Assembly: GCA_017499595.2 (NCBI GenBank)
Contig: CM039002.1
Span: 1,426,001-1,490,000 of the forward strand
Direction of reading: 5' to 3'
DNA from: Psilocybe cubensis
Taxonomy: Eukaryota
Length of the DNA: 64,000 bases
Shown: positions 38,004-50,824 of the stretch, piece after piece
Numbering within the stretch: position 1 is the stretch's first letter
Layout: every line of letters starts with the position of its first letter
Translations under genes and position numbers: made by a program
Notes under the pieces: model-generated
Told to the model about the DNA's origin: nothing
Databases searched by the model: none
What the model saw: only the letters and a program-made list of their open reading frames with translations

Positions 38004-40543
38004 CTACAGTTTCGCAATTGCTTTTCCTTTAAAGTTGGCAAGCATTGTTCTCTTCGTGATCCTGTACACGTCGTCAGTTACCTAATAAACCACCCTACAA
38101 AAACTTGGGACCCACCCAGAGTGCGGGATGGCCGACGGGGTCTTTCGTTCACCTTCTACCGCGACTCTTTCATTGATCGGAACGTAGTCCCGCTTGCTGG
38201 CACCGACGTATATCTGATTTGTCGCACCCCCGTGGGTAATCAGTGGGTTGACGGAATGCTTCAGATAGTTTTGCATACCTGACGTGGCCGCCAAATTTTT
38301 ACACCGCCCTCTTGCAACATCATCTGTTCAAAGCGTCAGTAAATGTCGGTAGTACAGACGGGCGCTCTTAGGCTTACTTGGCGCCAATGGGCAAGCCAAC
38401 CGACGACCCGGGGGACGGCAAAGAGCACCGGGAAGAAATCGAGGGGGAAACCTGTCTACTGTAAGTCCAAGTTCCTGCAGAAATGTTCAGATGACATGTC
38501 CTCACCCATAGCGCGGTATATTAGACCACTAAATTTGGTGAGCGCACTAGATACGTTTCTATGAATCAAAATATTTACCTCCTATAGTAATGATTGAGTG
38601 GAGTCCTCGCTGGAGAAAAGCAAATTCTCTTACCAAAAGTCAACATTTGGTGCCAGCTTTCGTTTAATAAAATAGTCGTCCTTCATAGCAGCTTCGTGCA
38701 AAGCCATGGCAGTCTCGAGCAATTCATCCTTTCCAGTACTGTTCAAGCTATTAGTAGAGCAATTTGATGAACTAGAACAATATCGAACATTTTGAAAACC
38801 TCGTCTGCCGTCTTGCGAACGATAAAGGAGCGAGGATCAGACTGAAAAGGATCGATCGGCATTCCATTGTGGAGTATGTAAACTTAGCAACAGAACTTAC
38901 TGTCTTGTAGACACGATGTCCAAAGCCAGAAAGAACTTTTTCCCGCTTCTTCACCGCCTCGATAAAGGCAGGTACGTTCTCCGGCCTTAGCCAGGCATTA
39001 GATATAGACAGACACTTTCGTTGTGATCAACTCACTTTCCAATGGAAATAAGCATACGAATGACGGCTTCATTTGCACCGCCTAAGGACAAACGATGTAA
39101 GAAACGTCGGAGAAGGAGCAACGAAATAAACCCCACCGTGTAGAGGCCCACTGAAAGATGGTGCTTTCTGTAAGCCAAAAAAATATGAAGCAATTTTGAT
39201 GTCACTTACTACAAAGAAGCGCAGCCAGCTCTGTAGCAAGTGGATATGAGATTACCGTTAAAATTGCAACCAATCTTGCCAAAGAACTCACGCGACGGCT
39301 GAATAGGGGTCAACAAGTGAACTACCAGTTTGTAGAACGGTCGTAGAAGAAGCATTTAATTCATGGTCCGCGTGAAGAAGAAATAAGGTATCTAATGCTT
39401 TTTCGAGAACGGGATTAGGGGTATAATTTTCTTCGCCGAGATGATCCATTTGATAGAGGAACCTACGTAGTCCAGCAGACCGATTAAATACAATCATGTG
39501 TCGCAGAAGTGGAAGTTTCGCTCACGATCCAGTATAACTAAGCCCGGTAGGCGGGGTCACGAAGTCTCTTCCTTGACGAACACGGTAGGCCATACTTTTG
39601 GTATGTAAAGGTCAGATTGCCATGAATTGGCACTAGGTTAAAGACATGAAGCTTACGCGGCCAGTGTAGTTGCTTTGCCAATTAATCTGTATATTTGTTT
39701 ATCCATAATGGTAAGGGATGCAGCATCTCCTTTGCTATAGAGTGTCTGGCCTGAACAGCATACATTTGAACAAATGCCACGAATATGAAACAAATCGTAC
39801 CTTGCAATGAGGGGTTGGCTTCGGCGTAATAAGATCCCAGATAGGCAAATGCACTGGTCAAGATTGCCATGGGGTGTGCATCATATCTGAATAACTCTGT
39901 TCAGAAAAAAGTCATTCCAAAGAAATTGTATAGATTCACCGGAAAGATCGACAAAATTGTTCTGCATCTGCGTGAATGACTCCATGATGAAGAACTTCTG
40001 TTTCAAAAATCTCAAGTTGACTTTTAGAAGGAAGCGATCCGTAAATAAGAAGGTATGAAGTCTCCAAGTGCGAAGAGTGGAGAGCAAGTTGTTCGATAGG
40101 GTATCCTCTATCATAATAGATTTCATATCAGACCTAAAGAATGCCAGAAGTAAACAATACCTGTAACGCAGAACTTTGGTACAGTAAGTCTGAAGAAACA
40201 AACAATATGAACCAGTTATTCACCTCCTGCTTCTCCGTCAATGTACGTGATTTCACTTCTCATCACAGCCGTGTTCAGATATCCCTTGTCCGCGACACGC
40301 AAACCTTTGTCAGTTTCGTTCTCTTCCCTCTCTCCAGGTGAGAATGGTGCTTTCATATTTTTGAAAGCTGTCGCAGGTATGCTGTTGTCAACAATTCTAC
40401 ATTGAACAAAAGCGCGTCATTAATTGAAGTGCTTCGTGCGCTGAAAGCAATAAAACTCACGGAATGTCATAGACTTTTCCAGTTCTGTTGTCGCGTACGG
40501 TTAAGCTATTTGTAGATTCACTGGATCCCGTAGGACGTCCCAT
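38004..40543 (-). CDS. Citrate synthase, peroxisomal type (no mitochondrial presequence, C-terminal AKL)
   Basis: [71 protein letters not shown]; final exon ends ...GKAIAKL*. Confidence 0.93.
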
Positions 40544-42469
40544 GTCGGTGCAGATATGTGGTGAAAGATATAAAAGCTACACGGGGAGAAGTGAAGGTCC
40601 GTTTCCAATGTATTCATCTTTTGTATGGTCAGACGTCACTGCATACCCAGGTTCAATTAACTAGCGCCGGAGAAAGCCGAGTGTTCCCTAAAGAATCACA
40701 TGCACCCGCCAGACTTCGCGTCACTTCACCTCCAACTCCCGAGAGACCTGTGCTGAAGCGTTGGCTGGGTAGCAGTTTTTAGAGCAGAGTAATTCCGTCC
40801 ATGTGACGTTTTATATTCTATTTCGGGGGCGATATCGTAGGGGATCGCATCAGTGTTAGAGACTTTGCCTCATGATTTTTTTCAAAGGTTATTCAAGGCT
40901 TGTGTTTGCAAGGTGTGCACGCTATGTTTATTGCCCTTACTTATCCGGTGCTTACTTCCCTGACATTGCAATTTATCAGCCACTCATGGGTGGACACGAC
41001 GATTAACTTGTGTCCATGTTAATCTCAGCTCGATTGGCGCGTCAGACACAATTGCAACCACTCTCCCGAACGCTCACGTACCGTAGCCGGCCCTCAGGTT
41101 ACGGTTTGATCAGTAGATGAACAATTTGACAATAACGGAGAGGAATAAGCACAGATTTGAACGTGCTAAAGCAAACAATTGCTGCTACAAGCTGAAATCT
41201 TGTTCGGCCAGTATATGCGATTGCTGGAGTGGATGTTGGAGTGGACTGTTTTATATGATCTTCTACAATCGGGTGGAATATCGATTTTTGAAGGTAGGGC
41301 AACTTCGGGCCAAACCTTTCAATTTATATTGATGTTAAATCTAGGTACAGTTTCTTTAGAAGGTTGGGCGCAGTGTTTATTTATAAATTGATATCTTCGA
41401 GTCGGAGGACTTCAACTTCCATGTTCAGTCAAGGAAACATCACGCCACTTCGAATGCAGAATACGGAGCATTGTCCTTATCTCTGCGCAACTGTCTGGGT
41501 CAAAAATAACTTCACCCACACCGATTGGTATATTGTAGGCAAATGCCGCTACGGGCGGACTCACGAAATAAGGAGAGCTCTAAGGCAAGTAGGACACAAC
41601 AACGATGTTTACCTAGTATGACCGCCACATGTTGAGGGACAGTGATGATATGTTTTCGATTCTCCAAGTTGTACCTTTACTTTTTGTGGCCGTAGGTCCG
41701 AGTCCAAATAATTTTTATACCATCATTTCACCGGGACTCACCCATAACGGCAAACAAATTGTATGGCCTTCATTGTGCTGTGCCAGGGCATTTGCAGGGC
41801 TAACTTTACATAACAAGCCGGGATGACACTTTAACAGAAGAGCTCAGCAGAAAAGCAGAGGTTTCTCTATCACGATCATTGGCATGAATGTATTGACGTG
41901 GGTATCTTTATTCAAATTTGATGGTTTCTTGAAGTGAAGATATGTAACAGACTTGGAAAACCTCCAAACATATTGCAAATGCGCAAGCAGAGCAAGTTGT
42001 ATGGACATTCTCAAGAAGGAAAAGGCAACGTGTGTATCCTGTGAACCCACGCGCTGCAGTTACTTAGATGTTAACAATTCAACGTAACTGTGTATCTTGT
42101 CTCATCAGGCATCCGGCCAAAAAGTAAAAAATTTTGCAAGCTCTATCGAAGTGGTTAATGAACGACCGTGAGTGTATATTTGGACAAACGTGCGTCAATG
42201 AAGTAGCCAAAACTTATTTTCTCAGTTGAGACCGACGCTGCTTAAGATTCAACCTGACTAGTCCGTGTAATTTTACAGCGGTGTCAAGGCGGGGCCCATG
42301 GCACTTACGCAAATTCCCATGGAGTGTTCCCCTTTCGGTCGACATCCGTTGATTCTCCCTGGAGCACTATAGCTTTGAACCAATATGGTCCACATGCATC
42401 CATATATAAAGCATGGAGCCGATAGAGGATCTGTCTTCCTCTGACCGTGCACCGTGAGCGCTCTCCACG

Positions 42470-45190
42470 ATGACTACTTTGGGGCAAAAAATCAAAAGTG
42501 TCTCTCTTATTTTTGCGTGAGTATTGCACTCCTCTTCCTAAGAACGCTTCAATTAATCAATGTTTTCGTGATGCAGTTGCGGAACGGCCTTGTTCTCTGA
42601 TGGTGCGTCGTCATCCCTTGGCATAAAGGCCTCAGTGAGCATGCAGTCTATTTACTCAAGTTTCTTGGATCTACCATAGGTTATGCCAATGGAGTGATTG
42701 GTAGCGGTATGTCAGCCAATATTCCCAATAAAATAATGGTTTTATACCTAACATCTGTGTGCCTGCAATTTTCCAGTCAATACTTGTAGGTAGCTTCAAC
42801 TTTTGGTCATGTAACTTGTATCAAACCTACCGCGTACCCATAGTATTGACGAGGGTGTATGGAGCGGAGGCACTTTCCCATCACAACTACAGCAGGACTT
42901 TGAGCAGTCTTGGGTTCGCGGGCACAGTTGTAGGAATGCTGGTTTTTGGTGAGTTTTCAAAATTGCCATGGGCGCCAAGGGACTGACTTAACGCATTCAG
43001 GCTATCTATCTGACAAGATTGGAAGGAAATTCGGCATGGTAATTATCTTCCCTGCAACCGACCCGCCATTCGACAAACACTTGTTTATAGATGAGTGCCA
43101 CGGGCATAGTGGCTCTGTTTTCTCTCCTTTCTGCGGCATCTGCTGGCGCCCATGGCAGTGTAAACGGCCTTTTAAGCATGCTTAGCGCTATGCGGTAAGT
43201 ATATTTCCGAATACGTCAAGTACTCCGTTCATTTGTTTCCGTTTATTCTCTTAGCTTTCTCCTTGGCATTGGGGTTGGAGCAGAATATCCCTGTGGTTCA
43301 GTATCAGCCTCTGAGCAGTCTGAAGAACCAGGAATCAACAAAAAGGCTCAGCACAGATGGTTTGCCCTAGCAACAAGTAAGGTTTTTTTTCATATTACAT
43401 CCAATCCACATCTGCATTTTTGTTAAATACAAGTTGCCAGATTCGATGATAGATTTCGGTTTCGTTGTCGCTGCATTCGTTCCTCTTGTTCTATTCTGGA
43501 TGTACGTATAGGGCTTCAGATCGACTTGACCTTCCTAATTTGAATCGTTTTAAAGCTTCGGTAATGACCACCTTCGCGCAGTCTGGCGCTTATCACTTGG
43601 CTTGGGAGTCATTCCTGCCCTTGCGGTATTTATCTGGCGTCTTAACATGGATGAACCAGAACGATATAAGAAAGATTCTATGAAACACACCCGGATTCCT
43701 TATCTATTGATCCTTCGTCGCTACGGTGGTAGATTAGCAGCCATCTCCTTCACTTGGTGAGCCCACATCGCAGCCAAATCTTTAAATTTGTACTCAATTA
43801 CTCAATTACTCCCAGGTTCCTTTACGACTTCATTGTGTAGGCATATGCTCCAGATTTATCGCTTCGAAAACTGTTCACATCGTTTTCTTCGGTTTTTTTA
43901 GATATCCCGTGAGTGGTTATTAACAACTGTCATTGTCATCAAACCTGAATAAGTTCGAACCAGTTTGGCCTGTATTCATCTATCATTGTTGACCGGTGAG
44001 GCGAAGCAAAACGAACTATTATTCTCGCATACACCTGATAGTCGAGTAGTGTAACTGGTGGCTCTTCCAACCTGACTGTTGTATTTGGATGGAATGTGGT
44101 TATCAAGTAAGCCAGTTTTGTTTGATTTCGGTAAGCCCCGCTGAACACGAATCTTTTAGCCTTTTCTATATGCCAGGGACACTTGGTGGTGCTTTCATTG
44201 TAGATCACCTCGGTGCCAAACGAACGATGGTGAGTATCAATGTTCTGAGACCCTCTTTAGGTTTTAATCGCGTATAATCCCTAGATAGCTGGCCTTCTTT
44301 TACAAGCAGTTATCGGATTTATCATGAGTGGGCTCTATGTTCAGTATGTATGATGGTTAATGAGTCGGATACCTGGAATGACGGTGTTTTACAAGCCTTA
44401 CCAATCACATTGCTGCCTTCGCTGTGCGTTGATTACAGCTATGCCATTCCCAATCATTGACATGTCTTTGCGATTTAGGTTGTCTATGGTATCTTCTTAT
44501 CCTTCGGGGAAGTCGGTGCGTTATTTGTTCGCTGTCCATTTTGAAATGACTGTTGATATGATTGCCCAGGGCCTGGAAACTGTCTTGGGTTGCTGGCTAG
44601 CAAAACTAGTCCAACAGCTATCCGTGGTCAATTCTACGGTATTGCAGCTGCTATAGGAAAGGTTGGCGCGTTTGTTGGGACGTGGGGTACGTATATCTTC
44701 TTGACATAAAGATTTGCTGATGCACTAACTTCTTTGCAGCATTCCCACCAATGATCGACGGTAAGAGATGGTGGCAGTTGAGGTCGTAAAGTTGATTTTC
44801 ATAATTGCGTGTAGCATTTGGAGGTTCAAACACCACCAGAGGAAACACTGGTCCTTTCTGGGTTGGGAGCGGTGAGTGCAACAAGTAACATTGCCCTCTG
44901 AATCGTTAACGGATGTTGGCCCCAGGGATGGCGATTCTAAGCGCAATCATCACACTTCTCTTCATCAAACCTCTAACCACGGATGGTATGGAGCTTGAGG
45001 ACCGCAAAGTAAGTCTGATACCCTGCTAGTTTAGGATTAAACCTGACCCATTATCTAGTTCCGCGAGTACTTGGAAGCCCATGGTTACGATACCTCGACA
45101 ATGGGTTTCCCTGGGTCAAACATCAAGACAGATTCGTCATCTTTCGAGGAGAATGAGAATAATGAGAAGAAGGGTAGTGCACAGGTGTGA
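42470..45190 (+). CDS. MFS transporter, Git1-like (glycerophosphodiester/phosphate permease family), very intron-rich
   Basis: [87 protein letters not shown]. Confidence 0.9.
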
Positions 45191-45450
45191 CGGGTTCTTG
45201 GTTGAACAGGGCAACTGGTTTTAAATTTAGTATTATAAATCCGTTACGAAACGACATGGCCTGTATGGTTTGGTGTCCTTGGACACGCTTAATGAATGTG
45301 ATGATCTCTGACTTCTAAGAGAGAGTGGGTGCCTATCGTTCGAATTTGTTGATTCCTTATTGGAGGATAGGCATGAATATGAAATGTCAAATCATCCTTG
45401 TAGCATTCCGTGCTTTACAAATCGAATGTCTAGTGTTACATCTCTCCAGT

Positions 45451-45874
45451 TCATGAGCTTTGTGTTTTAGCCAACTCATTCCTAAAGGCTCAACGGTTAG
45501 ATAAAATTGCTGTTGTGAAACCAACGCGCGACATGCCTTAGCTGAACACTGAAATCATCTTCCACATCATCGTCATCCCAGTTATCTTCCCATAATTTAT
45601 CTCCCCCTGATTTCGCAGCGCCCGGAGCAGCCCCGCCAAGGTGCGCCAGATCTGTTTTTGAGTCATCCCAGTCTATGGAGAAACCGTCAAAAATTCGCAA
45701 CAATGCTGATAGCCAGTAGTGCTATGGGTATTTGATCAACTCACCAGACACAGGGAATTCCTCGAACTCGTCGTCTTCCTCCAAGACGCTTAGGTTGGGT
45801 TGTTGAGCCTCCTTTGGTTTCTCCTCTAATTTAGAGGACTCAGCGGCTTTAGAATTTGATTCTGATGGTGACAT
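45451..45874 (-). CDS. SEM1: 26S proteasome / TREX-2 / BRCA2 partner Sem1 (Dss1)
   Basis: LEEDDEFEEFP.DW and [23 protein letters not shown]; 3 exons, the second intron GC-AG. Confidence 0.95.
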
Positions 45875-45916
45875 GGTGAAGGGAGTTGGTGGTTGTTCAG
45901 TGAAAGTGCTAATGTG

Positions 45917-45944
45917 ACGCGTCCCTTTCATCACCGCGACGCGT
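45917..45944. promoter_or_regulatory. Two ACGCGT (MluI/MCB-like) sites upstream of SEM1
   Basis: ACGCGT at 45917-45922 and 45939-45944, 43-70 nt upstream of the ATG. Function is inferred only. Confidence 0.4.
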
Positions 45945-46605
45945 GGGAATGTGCCTCATTTGTATCCGCCTCATACTTCAGGCCTTTAGGACCTTGTTGG
46001 AATTATTGAAATCCATCTGGAGTCCTTTCACATTATTCTACAAGATCACAATGTAAACCCCAGGTCCAACATACGGTCAGAGCACCCATGTAAACATATA
46101 ATGGATGATTATGGGCCAAATTTTATATCTACTTTAACTTCAAGTGAACTCCATCCCAAAGTGACCTTTGCGGCCTCAATTTAAATATCAGTGCGTCGAA
46201 AGCAGGAACTTGAAAGCGATTGCAGGAGGGAAAAGGACAAAAGGATCGGTATCTGAACTAACCACTAAACAGTCCATCTAGTAATAACCAATCAATTTGG
46301 AAGAATGAAGGAATGAGCATAGTCGGAGCGTTGTCATACTGAAGTTGAGGCTCAAACAACAGCAACTGAAAACTGAAAATTGGATGACACAGGATTTTCT
46401 GTTACAAGTGAATAAAAGCGCCGAAGAAAATAATATCTGAATGGTTTCTTTGTAATGTCCGTCCCTTTCTCCTCGATGATTCATGGTGCTGAACTTGAAG
46501 CTCCTCCCCGTTCATCCACTCGTTCATCATATGGTTCGAGAGTTTATTAGGTATATCGATTGATGCAATGGTATCTGTATGTAATGGCTTCGTGATTGGT
46601 GTTAA

Positions 46606-48316
46606 TTAAAGCTGCAGGGCTTCAACCATCTGTTCAAGTTCATCTTTCGACGATTTGTAATTCTCAGTGACTTGAGGAACTTCATCTTCGAGTTTCGGTG
46701 CTTCGTTTTCAACGACTTCGGATGCTTCGTCTTCAACGACTTCGGGGATTTCATCCTCGACTGCCTCGGGACTATGGGGAGCATCTTCACCACTTTCAAC
46801 ATTATCTGATACTTCCAGAGCTGGAGAAGGTGATTTCGGCATGGAACCGACCTCTCCGGAACCAACGCTTTGAGATTCTTCCCCCGCCTCGTCAAGTACC
46901 TCCCCACCTTCATGTGCTTCTACACCTTCCTTTGGTGCAGAGTCTTCTTCCACAGGGCCGTTGTCGCCCACCTCCTCTGAGTTGAGAACGGGGTCGATAA
47001 TGTCCTCGACTGCCTTTCCATCTCCACCTGCCTCAGCTGAAGTAGCAGCCAGACCGACGGCGGCCACGGAGGCAACTACGGCAGAGGCTGTAGCAGCTGG
47101 TTTGATTGTAGGCGCCTTCTTTACTTTGGATGGCGATGAAGCGGGAGTAGATTTTGCTTTCCCTGAAGTAGATTGGCGTGGAGTGGTTGTTCCCCCAGAT
47201 TTGGGAGCAGGGGCGGGAACAACAGCAGCAGCAATTCTTGCTTTGGACGCAGCGGTAGGCTTACTGAGCCGATCCACCGAACTACTACTGATAGTTGTTT
47301 TCTTTGGGGGAGCTGGCACCTGGGGAGCAGCATTTCGGGATCGCGCAAGAGACGCCGCGGTGGGTGCAAATAAGCCTGTAGAAGGCGTTTTTGGACGCGA
47401 CGATGTAGGCGTTTTGGCTCTAGACGCGGCCTCCGGGCGTGATGGCGTTTTGCTGACAGGTGTAACGGGTGCCTTGTTGGTAGGCCTCCTGGTTGTTGCA
47501 TTAGAAGCGACCGATTGGCCTGTATGCTGCGGTTTCAAAGGTTGCGCAATGGAAGGTGTTGCAGGCTGCTTGGATACAGATGGCTTCAAAGGTGTCTTCG
47601 CAGGAATCTTGGATGATACTGCAAGCGCCTTTCCCGAGGACGAGGGTGGTGTCTTTGTAGAGGGTGTTTTCGTAACGGGCACTCTGGTCGTAGCTTTCGA
47701 GATGTTGGATGTGCGAGGAGTGGTCGGGGTATTGAGCTTTTGAGAGGCAGAGGGTATCGGTGTAGTTGCTTCTACCTGAGATTCCATTGAAATGGTTGCT
47801 GGAATGGGAGCTTCAGGTTCTAATTCAACCTGCGCAGGTATATCTTTTCTCCAATTTTCTAGAAAAGTGTTCGGCTCCGTTTTGGACTGTCTTTGGGAGG
47901 CATTGAGCGCCTTTGCCGTAAGGGGTACTTCTGGCTCTTCTGCGGCGTCTTTCGTCCAATTGCTGGCCGTTCCGAGCTCAGATCCGTTCGACGTCGACTG
48001 GGCGACCTGTGGGATGTTGCGAGAAGAGAGGGAGGGTAAAATCAAAGGTGGCTTTTCTGCGTTGGAGACAGACTTCGGGGGCCATTCGCGTTTCTCCTTG
48101 GGTTCATCCTTGACAGAGTCTCCTGTAATATGTGACACGACGCTTGAGCTACGCGATGGCGAGCTCGCTGAAAGAGATAGGCGCTTCGTCTGTGTCTCGA
48201 ATCTGCCTATTAGATTGGCAACGCTCTGGCGCGGACGCTCATCTGGTAGCGGCCTGAGTCGCAGATAAGTTGTAGATACAACATCGCTGACGTGACAGTA
48301 GTGCTTTCACTCACAT
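46606..48316 (-). CDS. Intrinsically disordered protein with basic Pro/Thr/Ser-rich middle and acidic tail; unknown function
   Basis: Open frame 48252-46606 beginning PLPDERPRQSVANLIGRFE. The ATG is formed across intron 48254-48314. Two PTAAS motifs. Confidence 0.8.
46670..46770 (-). repeat. Degenerate 24-nt coding tandem repeat (~4 copies)
   Basis: Unit like ttcaacgacttcggatgcttcgtc (plus-strand reading), encoding PEAVEDEI/PEVVEDEA/SEVVENEA/PKLEDEV. Confidence 0.75.
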
Positions 48317-48630
48317 CTATGCCCCTGAGACAGAGATATATTGGAGAACGACGAATGCCGTTGCCCTAAAGGACAAGGACAGTAAATAGTGGGTGAAGTT
48401 GAGAGGTTAGGGGAAGAGAGTAGGGATACGATGAAGAGAAAGGTCTAGAAGTAGGTCGTTGAGATTAAATCAGCTTGCTACAGAGACCTGGCATGGCCTA
48501 AATTAGGTAACACGTTGTTAGGAACGTCGTCATGAGGGCGTGTCGTGTCCTCGTTCCAATCGACTTATCATTTAGATTACATTCCACGAAACGGCCTTAG
48601 TCTATGACTGGAATTTGGAAAGTTTAACAT

Positions 48631-49460
48631 TTATTTCAGCCACCGTTGTATTAATGATACAAGCTCCCGGCCGCTCTGGCCGCGCCAAAAGTGAGAGGCA
48701 TTTTCTACTTCCTGAACTATTACATTTCCATGTAACGATGATACCCAGCTTTTATAGTTTGATTGCGAGGTAAATTCGTCACGATCTCCGTAAACGATAA
48801 GCACATTAGAATTTGTCTGCTGCAGGAGATCTTTCAAGGCTCTATCGTACGAGGAAGAGTTGAAGAAGGTGAGCCAGCCTCTGGGACCAAGAGGATATGA
48901 TATTAAGATATGATATGTTTCGACCGAGGGGAGGACAGGGAATAAAGATGCAATCAAGGATCCATGAGAGTATCCCTACATACGGCTCATTTGAGTTTAT
49001 CGACGTTACTAGATAAATCAATAGTATACTTACAGCAATCAGAACAGAGCGAATGTCAGAAATCTGACCCATAGCCCATTGAACAAGATCCTCCAAGTCC
49101 TTAGCCTCCTTGAATCCTGTAAAGGAAGGCCAGCCAGATGAATTACCAACGCCTCTGGAATTGTAGTGGAGGACATGATAATTCTGGACCAATAAAGGTT
49201 CAACAAGAGACCAAAGTACCCTACCATCCATTAAAGGATGCAACGTTCTGAGGCCGAATTACTGGAATGTAAACAGGAGCGACGCACGGGTCTTCCTTTC
49301 TACCGCCTAGCCATGACCATGGGTGGAGACACACTGCCAGTTTATTGCCTTCTCCACTTTGCTCCGACACCACGGATGGTTTCCACATGTCGGCTTGTAA
49401 GACAGCCCCAGAGGGTAGACTGATGGCGAGTTCTTCTGGTTCTTGGTTCATCACGGACAT
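48631..49460 (-). CDS. Small alpha/beta-hydrolase (3 exons)
   Basis: VCLHPWSWLGG, YNSRGVGNSSG, nucleophile elbow GYSHG, YGDRDEFT, ASHFW. Confidence 0.88.
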
Positions 49461-50824
49461 GTTAGGTTCAAATGATAATCTGGGTAATGATACTTGGTCT
49501 GAAGAGCTGGGACACTGTTCCGTTATTGTAAAACTTTTGCTCGTGATTCAAGGGATAACCAGAAAGTTGATTCAGAGTAGGTTGTTACACGTCGGTATAG
49601 TTGCTGTGAAAGTCCCGGTACAGATACACTAAAGCAACAATGTCGTTCGAAAGAACAAAATGTGTCAATCCTGGATTGTTGAGATTGATTCAAGGCAATT
49701 ATGATTGCTTACAGATCCAATGTCCTTATTTCGCAGCCAATCTGTGGGAAATTGAGGGATCAAATGGTTTTCTAAAACTTCAACACAGAAGACAAAGCAA
49801 AATTAGCGCAAAAGGACCTAGATGGTCGACGTTAACGGTCAACTTAGTCAAAAACAGCTGGGTAATTCATGTCACGGACCGGTCACGGGTTAGTGCTTTT
49901 CTCTTCCCACGGTCTATTTATTTTTACCACCCAATGATTCTGTTCTTTTGCGGCTTTCAACAATCATCTTCTTGATATGATGACGCTGGTGATTCTGCGT
50001 AACAGCTGCGCTGTTTAAGGCTTCTTTCTCTCAATCCGACCATTCAGCGAGACTTATCGCTTGCTCCTGCGGGTTCACTTGCAGCTCCATCATTTTGATT
50101 TTTTTGAAGTGCTGGCTTGAGTCCAAAAGTTGGGCCTCCTGCTTGTCTTGCTCCGCGACATGAACGTCTTTACGTCTTTTGGCGCTCTGCCCTATCAACA
50201 TCATAACAGACTGACTGCGGGCTCCTGAACCAATTCCGTGCCGGGTGCATGCTTCCTTAGTTTCCAAAATGTCATCATTACACATGTGCCCTAAAGGTCT
50301 TCCAATGGTCTCTAAGCCACGTAAATCTCATAAAAAGTGATTCCTAATTCCGCTCCTTCTGGCATAGCGCGTGTGAGTTTTGTCATTCATACCACTATTT
50401 GGTAAACTGACATAAAAACCTACGGTCAACTGGTCTCAGACTCTGAACGGTAAGACTGGTAGTAGTAAATCCTATCTACTTGTTATCTCCACGAACTCCC
50501 ATGTGATCTTCATCGCACTTTGACGGTTGAAAGGCCGTGGACGATCGTGCTGTAGATTCAGATCTACGTCGATGGTGTTCTATTCTCAGGATGTGTAAGG
50601 TCTCTTGAAAGTGGTACCTCTCCTAAAGAAGCAGCACAACGTACGCGAAATCTGGTCAGCACGCCCGATTTTCCTGCGATGCCCCGACGTTTCCGTTCAA
50701 CACAGGCTCCAATTTTTCTCATACTTGGGATCATGGGTATAAAATACATACAGAGCACTTATTATTGCAGTTTCACTCGTTGCTTTTCCTCTATTCCCTG
50801 AACTTGAACACTTCGGAACAGGAT

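Noticed and set aside
40600..42400. Several 60-85 aa ORFs in the long intergenic region (also 22400-23900 and 30800-31900)
   Set aside because: No domains, signal peptides, CaaX or RiPP-like repeats. They are consistent with chance ORFs in promoter DNA.
50031..50285. 84-aa minus-strand ORF with a charged helical look, possible transposon relic
   Set aside because: No catalytic motif, terminal repeats or target-site duplication is visible.
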